NCBI GenBank assembly: GCA_020137815.1
Contig: CM035357.1
Location: forward strand, 1,736,001-1,800,000
Reading direction: 5' to 3'
DNA length: 64,000 nucleotides
Origin: Hormiphora californensis
Lineage: Eukaryota; Animalia; Ctenophora
The notes beneath the pieces are model-generated. The model saw only the letters and a program-made list of their open reading frames with translations. It was not told the DNA's origin and ran no database searches. The position numbers were made by a program, and so were the translations under genes. The number at the start of each line of letters is the position of its first letter. Position 1 is the stretch's first letter. Positions 40,044-52,560 of this stretch are shown here, piece by piece.

Positions 40044-41007
40044 AATTAATAATCAATTAAACTGACGCGACATACCGAAATGATCAGTCCTTTACCCGCT
40101 TTCAGATGATATAATTTTTTTTGAAATTCTCCGAGTTTGAAATTTTGGTGTCAATTTGGTGAGACACACCCACCTAATTAGACCCCTTAGAGATAACCAT
40201 ATGAGGTGGGACATACATCATTGTTCATGATTTTCCATGTAGTGTCATAATAAGTCAAAAATAGAAAATTGATTTTCGGGTCAGAGGGCCTTTAATGGAC
40301 ATGTAGACTTTTCGTGTAGTTTAACAGATTCGGCTGGAAAGTATTTTTCACAGTACCAGCATTCCACTGGTCGTTTGGGGCATGAATCCTTGTGGGAATT
40401 GAGATCTTTGGCTTTAACTTTTTGATCACAAACCGTACATTTCACCAGTTTTTCTAGACAGTTCTGTTCTTTGCAGACATCCAGACAGATTGTACAGTTG
40501 AACTCATCTGACATCGATCTAAAATATGTTTTACATTATACATTGCATGATTTTCATGGTAGACCAGGAATCCAACAAAGTTAGCAACAGACAAGTCGAG
40601 AAGGGAAACAGCCAGCCGTATTAGAGTCATGCGAGATGATAACAGTGTACTGCTTCTTATCACATGCACACGTGCGAAAAATATACAAATGAGAATAAGT
40701 GTAGGAAAAAAGGGTTGGTATTTATCTTATCTTATTTCAATATATTATAGAGTCCTGCCCGATTTACCGGAACCCCGATTTACCGGGAGGATTTAAACTT
40801 CCCCCGAAATATAAAATTAACAGTATTTTACCCCGATTTAGCGGGCAAAACCGATTTCCCTGAGCATCATGGTCAAACTGCATTCTTGATGTGCTTCTAG
40901 AACTACTAAACGAGTTTGATGTGACTAGTGAGTACTATGTGAGCTCTAGGCCAGGGTTAGGTACAAGGGGGACTCGGTTTCTAAGAACTACTGTATAATA
41001 CACATAC

Positions 41008-41123
41008 CAGGGTCCAGAAACCGACCGAACCAAGTAAACAACCAATCAGAACTCGTTATTTAGGTCACGTGACTGGTTATCAGCCAATCAGGGACCAGTA
41101 TTTCCTGATTCGGTCGGTTCCTG
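41008..41123. mobile_element. hAT-type MITE copy
   Basis: TSD acacatac, which reads GTATGTGT (the donor of exon 41132-41213) on the minus strand. Confidence 0.88.
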
Positions 41124-41131
41124 ACACATAC

Positions 41132-42098
41132 CTCTGTTCGCTGTATTTTGCCGAGTGTAGCCGACTTGATCTACCTCCTCCTCCACCGTACATGGGGGTA
41201 CTCCAACCCAAACCTAGACAGAGTTTAACTTTGGAAGCTGAACATTTGGATTGGAACATGATTGGGTGTGTGCAAATATTTCATTGTTTTCCGTACCCTT
41301 TCTAAATTTTACCCCGATAAAAAAATGATATTAATTGGTAATAATTTACCAATATACCAAAGTCTTATCAGCACTATTTTCAAGATCTACATCTGTAAAT
41401 GTATTTTCAAGATCTGCATATGTACATGTATTTTCAAGATCTGCATATGTACATGTATTTTCAAAATCTGTATACCAACTTACTGCTATCTGTTTTTGGT
41501 GAGTAAGGTCTGTTTTTCGTCCTAAGTTGAGTTCCCAGGACCTCTGCCTGTGAGGCAGGGCGAGATGGAGGGCGAGGGGAGTGAAGGACACAAAACTCTG
41601 CGGAATTCCGCCGGATTGTTTGCGGAGGGAAGTCTGTGTGGTTTCGTATGGGTGCTGAAATGGATGCTACACCATCTTAGAAACAACAACTCCCACTCAA
41701 AGAATAATGGATGCTACACCATCTTAGAAACAACAACTCCCACTCAAAGATTGAATAGTGAAACACTCTACCAGGATACAAACTTCTAAATCTAACTAGA
41801 ATAGCTTGGAACACAGTAATTAGCGATTCAATCTCATAAAATCAAGGTACTATCGCATATAATAACGCCAATCAAAAGTCTAGGAAATATGTATCGGAAC
41901 AGAGACTCGACTCGTTACCGGTTTCTGCTTACTTAGTGTATACCTTGTATGAGATGTGAGGTCGGAGTGTAGACTTGTTTGTTCTGTAGTTTGCGGGGGG
42001 AGTGCTGTTGAACCCCTGCCGTGGTGGTGGGGAGCTTCGAGCGGATCATCCGGGGGTTTGTGGGACTCGGCTGTTTCGTTTTCTTTTTCTGGCCACAT
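41132..42098 (-). CDS. Three exons (41933-42098, 41484-41654, 41132-41213), candidate 5' exons of the WT1-like gene
   Basis: Canonical donors (GTAAGC, GTAAGT, GTATGT) and acceptors. Phases 1, 1, 2 give an open frame that joins exon 19284-19441 (phase 2). Further exon-like segments lie at 43393-43491 and 43607-43678. Confidence 0.5.
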
Positions 42099-42759
42099 GA
42101 CACCGGGGAAACACCCTGTATTAGGAAGTTGTTTTGGGCAGGTCGGTAGAACTTCGACAGAATTTAGGGCAGGTCTGAATTTAGGGCCTGCCGTTGTTTT
42201 GTTGAAACAGGACACGCAAATTGCAGTCAAGCTTGGTAATTAGGAAGAGGGTGTGATGTTTTAGTTCCCATGGATTAGAGTTTGGTAATTTGGTAAAGTA
42301 TGTAACCGTGGCTAGAGTCTAGAGGACTCCCGTCCAGCCGTTAAATGGGACCCTAGTAAAGGTCTTGCGACCATTTCTGGTGAAAATGGGCCCATTTACG
42401 AACATTTTAAGGCTGCTCCACCCTCGGGATAGCCGCCAGTCCGCCAGGTATTTTCTACCCCCTCTCTTTAGTACTTCAATTTCCGTGACGAGGCTTTTGC
42501 AGTATTTTACTAGCCTTCTATCAGGTTTTCAGGGCCCCTTAGCTGCAGCAGACGCTGTGTGGGGTCCCTAGTGTGTACGGTTTTTATGTGTGTATTGAAT
42601 TCCTTAACTTTGTATGTACACCTAAAATAGTTCTTCCCAGTAAAAAATTAATGCGCCCATCCTCAACAATATGCACGCATTTTCGCTGGTAGAGCCCATT
42701 TAAAATGCACACGACCTTTACTAGAGGAGTTGAAACGGAGAAAAGTTTTCAACAAATGA

Positions 42760-43430
42760 ACCGCTCACCTTGGTTACGAAGTGAGAAGTCACCCCTTTAA
42801 TTGCATACAGGGGTTACAATAACGAGGGGTGATTTCATTACCAACCGCTCACCTTGGTTACGAAGTCACCCCTTTAATTGCATACAGGGGTTACAATAAC
42901 GAGGGGTGATTTCATTACCAACCGCTCACCTTGGTTACGAAGTCACCCCTTTAATTGCATACAGGGGTTACAATAACGAGGGGTGATTTCATTACCAACC
43001 GCTCACCTGGGTACGAAGTCACCCCAGGGGTTACAATAACGAGGGGTGATTTCTTGGTGACGCGGTCCCCCCTACACTAGGGCCGCGCGAAGCGCGGCAA
43101 ACGAAGCCGGCTATAACATTATAGGGGATGTCATCACCAAGGTGATTTCATTACCAACCGCTCTGTACCTAGGTACGAGGTCACCCCTTTAATTAAAATA
43201 ACGAGGGGTGATTTCATTACCAACCTGGGTACGAGTATCAGGGAGGTATCTGTTAGAGGAGCTCACCTGGGTACGAGTATCAGGGAGGTATCTGTTAGAG
43301 GAGCTCACCTGGGTACGAGTATCAGGGAGGTATCTGTTAGAGGAGCTCACCTGGGTACGAGTATCAGGGAGGTATCTGTTAGAGGAGCTCACCTGGGTAC
43401 GAGTATCAGGGAGGTATCTGTTAGAGGAGC
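42760..43430. repeat. Tandem repeats of about 78 bp (42760-43060) and 45 bp (43224-43430)
   Basis: ccgctcaccttggttacgaagtcacccc... x4; cacctgggtacgagtatcagggaggtatctgttagaggagct x4-5. Confidence 0.9.
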
Positions 43431-44658
43431 TGATAAGAGGACGTTGGGTAACCGCTCCTGAACTCTTCCAGAAACATTGCTGGTTCTGATACTGAAACAG
43501 GTGTTAGGGTGTCACGTGATGTCCAAATATGGGCATGACATGATACTGGTCAGCAAATCTTCAAGGAGAAAACTCATGTTTTGACCGGGGGGGGGGGGTG
43601 ACATACCTGTTTAGTCTGGGGAGGAAGGTGGTGTAGCTTCTGTGAAATGTGATAGTTGATGACTTCACTAGTTGACATCCTGTGCTACACTGGGGGGAAA
43701 TCATTACCAATTAGAATAAATTTAAAACAAGAATTATTGCATTATGTATTCATAATGCGGTGTTTCCCTGCCCTCCAACATCACAATATCACAATATCAA
43801 GGCTTGGTCACAATGTAATGTGAGATGCATGCGATGTGTACTTCTCACGTCGCTAACTCAAACTTAGTAACGAGCATTCGACAGTACTCAGTACCTAACC
43901 CAAACACTCATTTCATCAACCACCAAGTTCGACATCGCAAGTTAGCAGCGTCAACTAAACGTAACACGCTTCACCGAACGGATTTTCTATAAGGAAGCGT
44001 GCGCGGCTTTGTGGTTTCTGTCACAGTTAGCGCCGCGCACAGATTTGAGAAATACTTGCGCCCTGACATCATATTTCATCAAAACAGTTATTTGATTTGA
44101 TGAAGGAGCGCACTCGAGCGTTGTCAGGCGTTGTCCGTGACGGACGGACATTTAGTTAACCCCCACAATCTGCTGATTTCTAAACCCTGAATGATCTTTT
44201 TAGCACGTGCGTGCTAAAAAGATCCACCCGGGCAGGGAAAAAATTGGGTAACTCCAACTGATTACCAGAAACCCTTTAATCCTCACAGTCTCCAAGGCGT
44301 GTTTCGCACACCGGAATGGGCTACCAAATTAATTCCTATTCATGGTAAGGAAAGATAACGATTTGGCAATTGGTAGTGTACTACAATCCAATCAGCCGGT
44401 CAAACTAATTGAGCAGTTCCTATCTCTCCCCCGATTAATTGAGCAGTTCCTATCTCTCCCCCGATTAATGAGATCTCTCCAGACGATTGTGGCCGATGCA
44501 GTTATGAGATCGGTGTTCATTATTAATAAGATATGAATTATTATCATGTGATGCACTCGGTAGTAGCTACCTCTGCATAGTTAGCTGATAACCCATTTCC
44601 TGGCCAGGCGCGTAAGTAATTAATATTCCTCACACATGGCTATTCTGTAGAGAGAGAT

Positions 44659-44812
<154 letters not shown>

Positions 44813-45261
44813 GAGAGAGAGAGAGGGAGGAGAGAGCAAGATAAGCTGTGAGGTGTATTTTAGTCGATCACAACTCTCTCGTTCTATCTTTATAGCGTGT
44901 GTGTGTGTGTTATAGCCTGTTCAATTTATATATGATCTGTCTCTCTTCTTGTAGTGATCAATGGCACCCTCTTTACAATTGCTGACATTAATTGCACAGC
45001 CTATTTCTTTGTGTGAACAATCTATAATTGACAGATCCGAACTATCTATACCCAGTCGGACCCCGATTTACCGGGATGCTCAGATCGGGGGAAAGGGTTC
45101 TGCCCGGTAAATCGGGGTCCGACTGTAATTGATAAATATATATTTTGGTAGAACACCCTGTTTCTCTTTGTAGAAACCGTCCACCTGTAACTTCCATGTG
45201 ATTAACGTTACGGCGCAAATGGCAACACCGCCTCTTCTGAAGCAGTGAGGTAACTAATAAC

Positions 45262-45370
45262 CAGGAACCGACCGAACCAAGTAAACAACCAATCAGAACT
45301 CGTTATTTAGGTCACGTGACTGGTTATCAGCCAATCAGGGACCAGTATTTCCTGATTCGGTCGGTTCCTG
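45262..45370. mobile_element. hAT-type MITE copy
   Basis: TSD ctaataac. Confidence 0.9.
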
Positions 45371-47280
45371 CTAATAACTATCTGATATCGTTAGAACAAT
45401 CAAATATAGCTTCTACTTCTGATTGAGAGAGAGAGCCGGTATTATATACCACTTTTGGTTTTCGATTAATGTAGCTCTGATAGAAGACTGCGGTATTGAT
45501 CAGTGGTAATATACTAGAGTGTATCTGTATCTGTACTAGTGTGTATCTGTTGTTCCCAGACGATTGTGGCCGATGCAGTTATTGCTGGTGTTTCTTACTG
45601 CACTGGCGTCCCTTGGGTGGGGCGAACGGCTGGTGACACTGACCCTTCCCGACTACCTGACCTCCTCTACCCCCGTACCAGAGCAGTGAGTTTAGAGAAA
45701 GTGTTCTTGATATTCTGACAGAATGATTCTGTTTTAGTTAGCCTGTTGGTTTGCCGCAGAAGTAGCTTGCACCTTTTAATCGGTAAATAAAACCATGTAT
45801 CCTCTTTTTCAGAAACGAAGTTGTAAATGTAACGAAGCCAGTTGTAGCAACACAATCGTGAGTTAAGAATTCGATGCAAAGCAAAGGAGTGACAGTAACC
45901 TAAATTTCGGGTGCCGCGCGACTTTTGCACGTGCATGTTCTAAGCGCTCCTACTATTCATTTGGCTTTAGTAATCACAAACATCGTTGTTTATCAGATCA
46001 CGCAAGCAACACGATTTTAACTCCACTATATTATAATTGTTTCATTTCAGTCCAACAGAGGGAGAGGTATTGAGTGGGTTATCCTGTTTCGGGTGCGATG
46101 TGCCGAGTAAGAAGCAGACATGCATTGTAAGTAAGCTGTTGGTGATGAGCCTGGTAGGACGTGTAAGTAAGCTGTATCAGCACGGGGTCCTGCCAGGCTC
46201 ATCACCAACACACTGCTATATGATTATAACAATGTGTTGGTGATGAGCCTGGTAGGATGTGTTTATGTGCGATCTCTAAGAAGATATTTAGAGGAGATCA
46301 CCCAAATAAACACCTGTAACAAAACACAATTATAAAGGCTCGTTTGGGTTCTGGCCAAATCTTAATCAAAGTACAACGAGCTTTCTGAAGAACCTTTCCA
46401 TCAACTCCTATAATATCACATTTTCTGTTTCAGTCTCTGCTAAATGGGTGTACGAATTGCACCCTGATAGAGTATAAAAGTGGTGATAACAAATATGTAA
46501 ACCGGGGATGTAATAGACACGACCAACTATCTGATATGTGTGAGTGAAATTAGCAATCACTGGATCAATTATCACTTGATGCATCCATAATGTTGAAAAG
46601 CTCAATGTAGGGCAATGATGTATCGTCAATTCCTAGTCTGGTATATTATTCAAGCACAACAAATAGAAACACGTTGGTTTACATTTGTTGTACTATCTGC
46701 TCTCGGTTCCACGCCGATAGAGCTCTCTTGTGGCCTACTGAAACAACCATATTGATATATTGTTTAAGCTAAGTTTTTTTCAGATTCACGGTGTCTCAAA
46801 TCGGAACTGGATTGTGACGTGACGGTGTGTAAGGAACACCGATGTAACTCGGCAGTGGGTGCTGGAGAGGGCGGAGTAATTGCGTCAACCATGATGCTGT
46901 ATTTGTATGTTTTGTGGACTATATTTTGAGATGCTAATTAATTAATTAATTAATTAATTAATATTAATAGTGATTTAATTGTTTGGTTAAAGGTTGGGCT
47001 TTGTTAGTGAGAGAAGTTTAGAGAGAGATTCAGGTATCAAGGATACGGAAAAGACATTTAGCCGATTGAATGTAAAATGTAGTAGAAAATATAGTAAACT
47101 GGTGAAATAAAGTTTAGACAGTTTTTCTCTTATCTATAAGAAGAAGTGGCGTAGGAAAACAAATTTTATGAAAATGCACTTATTCTTGAACATTTTTAAT
47201 TCCTTTCAAATTTTGATGACTTGCATTTATTCGACAGAAGTTGACCAATCGGCTGTTTTTGAGTCGCATAGTTCTGATAC

Positions 47281-47476
47281 AATGAAATAGTGTTTATTTA
47301 GGACTGTAGACGACTCGGAGATTTATTTCAGGAAAGATAATACATACTGGACGGTTTAAAACTGTTTCAAACTTTTCAACACTACTTTAAACAAATTAAT
47401 TTAAACCGTCCCGTATTATCTATCCTGAAATAAATCTCCGAGTCGTCTACAGTCCTAAATAAACACTCTTTCATTT
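47281..47476. mobile_element. Palindromic MITE-like element
   Basis: agtgtttatttaggactgtagacgactcggagatttatttcagga and its reverse complement at 47424-47468. Confidence 0.75.
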
Positions 47477-48366
47477 ATTCGACACTTCTAAGCATTTCGT
47501 TAAAAGACGGACAACCCCTGGCACGATCTCCGTGTGCCTCTACATACTGACAACGGCGCCTTTAAACAGCGAAACTTGGACGGTTCAAGTTGGATCACAT
47601 GATTGTTACGTATACAACACATCTCCCTACTTTTGGGAGAACTCTCCATTTCTCCTCGCCCTGGACTTGCTCTGCAAGTCCAGGGCTACAGCCCAGATCA
47701 GGGGGAGTGGAGGTCCAAGGGAGGGTAGAGCCCTAGTAAGCAGGGTCCACGGGCTGCCTGTGTCCTACCAAACAGAAAACTGCGGGATAAGGCAGCACTT
47801 TTCAACTGCAGTCGGAGAAGAAAAAACAACGCAACCAAAAAACCAAAAGTTTCATCTGAGCTGCACTTGCACTGATCGCGCGCACTCAAAATTTTAAAGC
47901 GCCGCGCGATTTATATAAATCAATTTGCGCGTGCTATTTTCTCTTGGAGATGTTTCAGATAAAAACTTGTTTTTACAGAGACTCTCAACGTGGCGTCCGA
48001 AGATAAAAAGTATATGTTTCATTTTGGGTGACCAAAATTCATAGATTATTGGCCGGCCATGATGCCATGCCACAGTTCAAATTCGAACTGCCGTGCGCGA
48101 CACGCTAACAGTTGTGTGTTTGACCAAACTTGCGGACATGCGCGCTACATTTCAGATATTCGGTCTGAGATTGGTGGAAACCGACGAAGAGATTATCAGT
48201 GGGTCCCACTGTAAATTTGTATTTCCGTAACAAATTAAACAAACTCATCGGTTCGGTAAAAATGTTCATGATAGCACGGTATACAAAACAGCATCTTCAT
48301 AGATTCTCAAACACATTCACAATACAAAATCTTATCAGCAAATAAACAAAAACTGAGTGTAACACA

Positions 48367-50451
48367 TCACAAGTTATTCTTTTCTTTAAAATGTTGCAAG
48401 TGACATCCATCCCAGTACATTTTACCACACTCACAGCACCCCCAGAAAGTGAGATTTTCCGAAAAACGGTTCAACTTGACCTTGTCAAACTGTAACAATG
48501 TCCCATCAGCTGTAACAGAATCTCCCCTCACAGTTATTTCACCACATTTCGTGCTTCTTCTCTCCCAAACCTCACACATTACATCCCCTGAACTAGTTCC
48601 TTTCTGGAGGGCAGCAGCAAGATCTGATTCAAGTCGCACAAACCGATCAGAGTTACAAATGGCACACCGTGAAAATAAGTCCTCGTCCGATACAACCAAA
48701 TTGAAATGTGATCTGATCTCAGCGAGTTGGTGGGTCACATTCCCCCTACTTTGCAGCTTGTAAACCCTCTCCACACCAGTCAACTTAGCTAACCTATCCG
48801 CATTTCTATCACGAGAGAGGATAATCCTGTTTTCCTGAGTGGATATCCGCACGGCATCATCCACATCCTCCCCATCCTCTAACACCCTACAATCCACCCC
48901 AATGTGCCGGAGCTTCTTCCCCAACCCCTGGAGAGGAACATCCACAACAACTCTCAACTCACTCGCTGCGGATGGGATGTCTGATCGGTTCCTGAACTCT
49001 CTGATTGGAGGCGTGTTATTGTTCTTGGGATCCTTTAATTTCTCCAACTCACCGGCAGGGAACATCTCTAGTAATACCGTGTGGAGGTGATGTAGGACAA
49101 CAGAATCGAGAGCCGCATATCGGACCTGATCTGCTGACATTGGCCTGCTTTCCCAGTTACTTAACTGGCATGTTTTATCTAGTTCACCTCCTAGCAGCAA
49201 CTTACAAAGCCCGGAAAGACCTGGACTGGTAGGTTGGGAGATTCGTATGTGCTTGTGTGCCGTAAGGAAGTCAATAACACGACATTTGGTGGCGAGAGTA
49301 GAGCCGAGTGATGGCCATGTGGCTGTTAATTTAGTCATATCTTGTGATAACCCATATCCAATAATGATACGAGAGTGGAGAGAAGATGCAAATAAGGACA
49401 GATCCACCTCACTGGTTTCCTGGAGGAGAGCGGGGATATCGAGTAGGAAGCAGGCTGAGGGGGTGGATAATTGAATGATTGAAACAGGTGGAGAGTCCCC
49501 ATCCCCTGAGAACCTCCACTCACTATCATATCCTAGTGGGGTGTTTCCTGACGCGATAATATGGTCCCTCATCCCACTTAACAGCGATGGTGAATCAATA
49601 AACACAATAGGAAATGTTCCGTCCAAAATCAAATACCCTTCCTCAGATTTACCTAGTTTTCTTGATTCAGATCTAGTAGCCATCATGGTTTCCATGGTAA
49701 CACAGACTCCAGCATCTTGTCTCACTCTCAACTCCTCCGGTAATTCCTCCTCTCGCATTCCACCCAGCTCCTTAACTAACTCCTTCCCAAACTGAACATC
49801 ATTATAAACACTGACAACTTCTTTCAGCAGTAGCCGGTGAAGGGTGACGTTGTCACCTACCATCGACAGTAAAGATCTTATATCACAACGTTTATCTTTT
49901 TTGTATTTGTTGTATAGAACTGATCTGAGATTTGTTATTGTTTTGGAAAGGGCAATATTCGGTGAACAAGCCTCCAAATTGAGTCCCTGAGATTTGACAA
50001 TTTGGTTGATTTTCCGTCGGATATCTTCAGAAGAAAAACGGAAGGCGGCTGTGGTTCGGTTGTAACCGTAACTGGAGGTCAGGGTGGAGAGGATGGTTGT
50101 TAGTTGAGGGGAGGAGCTGGATGTGGGTTCTATCAGGGAGTCCAGACACCTGGTGGAGAGGATGGTTGTTAGTTGAGGGGAGGAGCTGGAGGTGGGTTCT
50201 ATCAGGGAGTCCAGACACCTGGGATGATTGGGAGGGAGTGAGAGAGAGAGGGAGTGAGAGAGAGAGAGAGAGAGAGATAGATAGAGAGAGAGAGGGGGTC
50301 AGGGTGGAGAGGATGGTTGTTAGTTGAGGGGAGGAGCTGGATGTGGGTTCTATCAGGGAGTCCAGACACCTGGTGGAGAGGATGGTTGTTAGTTGAGGGG
50401 AGGAGCTGGAGGTGGGTTCTATCAGGGAGTCCAGACACCTGGGATAATTGG

Positions 50452-50506
<55 letters not shown>

Positions 50507-50555
50507 TAAGAGAGTGTGAGAGAGAGAGAGAGACATAGAGAGAGAGAGAGAGAGA

Positions 50556-50604
<49 letters not shown>

Positions 50605-52560
50605 CGCTGAGTGTGAGAAAGTAAGAGAAGCAAGATCAGTGTACTGCAGTCTCTGTGTTAATTCTATTTTTTGATACAGTATTCCTGTCGCTGTTACCAA
50701 TTACAATTGCCATGAACTAGAGCATGTCACACTTCACTGTTCCAATTAATGAACCAATTAATGAACCAATTAACTAATTAATTAACCAATTACCTGACGA
50801 AACCAACCAGTTGTTTTTCATCCAGGTACCCAATGACGTTTTGTAACCGATCAAATGCCAGTAATGTCAGCAACAATTTATTCAGATCATCACAACTCTG
50901 GAAACAGGGGAAGTGGTAAAAACATATCGAAATATGCAATCCCATGCAATGTGTTTGTTTGAAACATCGAAATATAATTCTAAACGTGAGATTTTTTTAA
51001 AACAACTATAGCTACGGATTAAATAAATCATGGTCCTTACCATCACGTTAAATGTAGTACAAATGAGAACTGAATGTTTGACATTGTTAACTCCCAGATC
51101 GTTCATCTCTTTCACTGTGTTTAGCACCGCAGGTCCAGGCAAATCCTCAAAGTTAAACAGTGATGAGAGGGTGAAGAAGAGGGTCTGTGGGCATTTGTAG
51201 GAAACAGAGAGGGCTCGTAATCGAACTCCTAATATTGGCCTAGAGGATAGAGCGGGATTTCAACTAGGAACATCACTGCATGAAACAAATTGTACACGTG
51301 CGTGTGGATGCCCAGTAATATAATTCCAGGGTTACCATGGTTAGTACCCATTGGTTACCATTGGTTACCATTGGTTACCATGGTTACGTACGTATCATCA
51401 GGGTTATCCAGTTTCCATCTCTGTAACTCATCGACACATCCCCTCTGAAGCTCTTGGTATCCCTCCAATCTCCCAAGCAGTTCGCAACACAGTGAATGGG
51501 GGTCAGGGGAGCTGGGGTAACACTTCTGGAGAGCTTTGATTGCCTTCACAGTTTGACCTATTAACAGGTAGGGGTATAACTAGGTAAGGGGGATATAAAT
51601 AGGGGATAAAATGGTGATTTCCCAATTTATTGTTTTAGGCTAGGACCGGGAAAATTTGAAATTTCGTACCTTTTCGGGCTAGGTTTACAATGTTTGAACA
51701 CCAATCCTTGTCATGTTTTCTGTCAGCCTTTCTACTGCTACCACTAGCACTGCTACCACTACCGAGGGCGCCATCTAAAAGGTGGGGGGAGTAAACAAAG
51801 TAAAGAGTTCCATTCATGACAGCTACTAGAGTTGGTAATGAAATTACCCCTCCGGATGCAATAATAGGGGTGACTAACGTCTAGAGATGATACCAATGAT
51901 CAAGGTTCCCAAAACTTACATTTGTTTGAAGTAAGAAATCCAGTAGGAGTAGCCTGGTCCAGCTCACACTCCTGATCACTTCCAGTCTCATTATCGCGTG
52001 ACCCATCACGCGTTATCATCATAGCAGTATCACGCGATGTAACCATGGTAACATCGTCACGCGGGAGGTCTTCCACAGAGTTGTGATAACTTGGCAGTTC
52101 AGATGGTGTGCTAATCTCCTCCTCACTCGAACTTTGCAATGTGGCATCATCCTCCTCCCCGGAGGAGGAGAATTGTGGTTCGGGTGTTGGGGAGCACCGG
52201 GAAATAACAATATCATCATCAGCAACACCAGGGGGAGGATCAATATCATCAGCAACAGGAGCAGTATCATTAGTAAGTTCCTTTCGATCACTCTCAACCA
52301 GGATTTGTGTTGTTTTTGGGGTGTTCTCATCTGTGGTACCACCATCTACTGCTACATTACTCACTTCTTCTAAATCACCTTCTTCCGATGCTTTAGGATT
52401 CGGTACTGCACACAATTCTTCTAAATCTTCCGGCACAGGATTCGATACTGCTACATTAATCACTTCTTCTAAATCGTCCAGCACAGGACTCGATACCTCA
52501 CATTTAGTGTCATTCCCAGCAATACGTGGAGGAGCCTCTCTTCGCCGTGTGATGAAAGAC
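48367..52560 (-). CDS. EXD3: Exonuclease mut-7 homolog (EXD3/Nibbler-like): DEDDy 3'-5' exonuclease + Mut7-C domain
   Basis: Large last exon with GYDSEWR, IIQLST, GLSGLCKLLLGGELDKTCQLSNWESRPMSADQVRYAALD; Mut7-C VVDVPLQGLGKKLRHIGVD...RIILSRD; zinc ribbon SRCAICN...CCECGKMYWDGCH. Upstream exons (about 50794-50898, 51045-51190, 51387-51557, 51670-51775, 51931-52560) are approximate. Confidence 0.88.

Larger units (their letters stand above)
37156..40291. mobile_element. Non-autonomous TTAA-specific DNA transposon, Kolobok-like, with nested repeats
   Basis: TTAA on both sides; TIR AGGTCCTCTGACTCGAAAA / TTTTCGGGTCAGAGGGCCT; internal inverted match ggtgtgtctcaccaaattgacacc (37601 vs 40147). Purine-first termini fit Kolobok rather than piggyBac (CC..GG). 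Confidence 0.8.
36799..40514 (-). pseudogene. TRAF zinc finger member J: RING internally deleted and CDS split by a transposon
   Basis: 40281-40514 (MSDEFNCTICLDVCK/EQNC...STCPL) and 36799-37155 (LRLIECEWC...) rejoin in frame across a duplicated TTAA. Confidence 0.8.

Noticed and set aside
42760-43430. Regularly spaced repeats resembling a CRISPR array
   Set aside because: Head-to-tail tandem units without unique spacers, no cas genes, eukaryotic context.
45170-46900. Possible plus-strand exons (about 45173-45249, 46051-46127 and from 46784)
   Set aside because: Splice-like signals are present, but I could not build a convincing reading frame or product.
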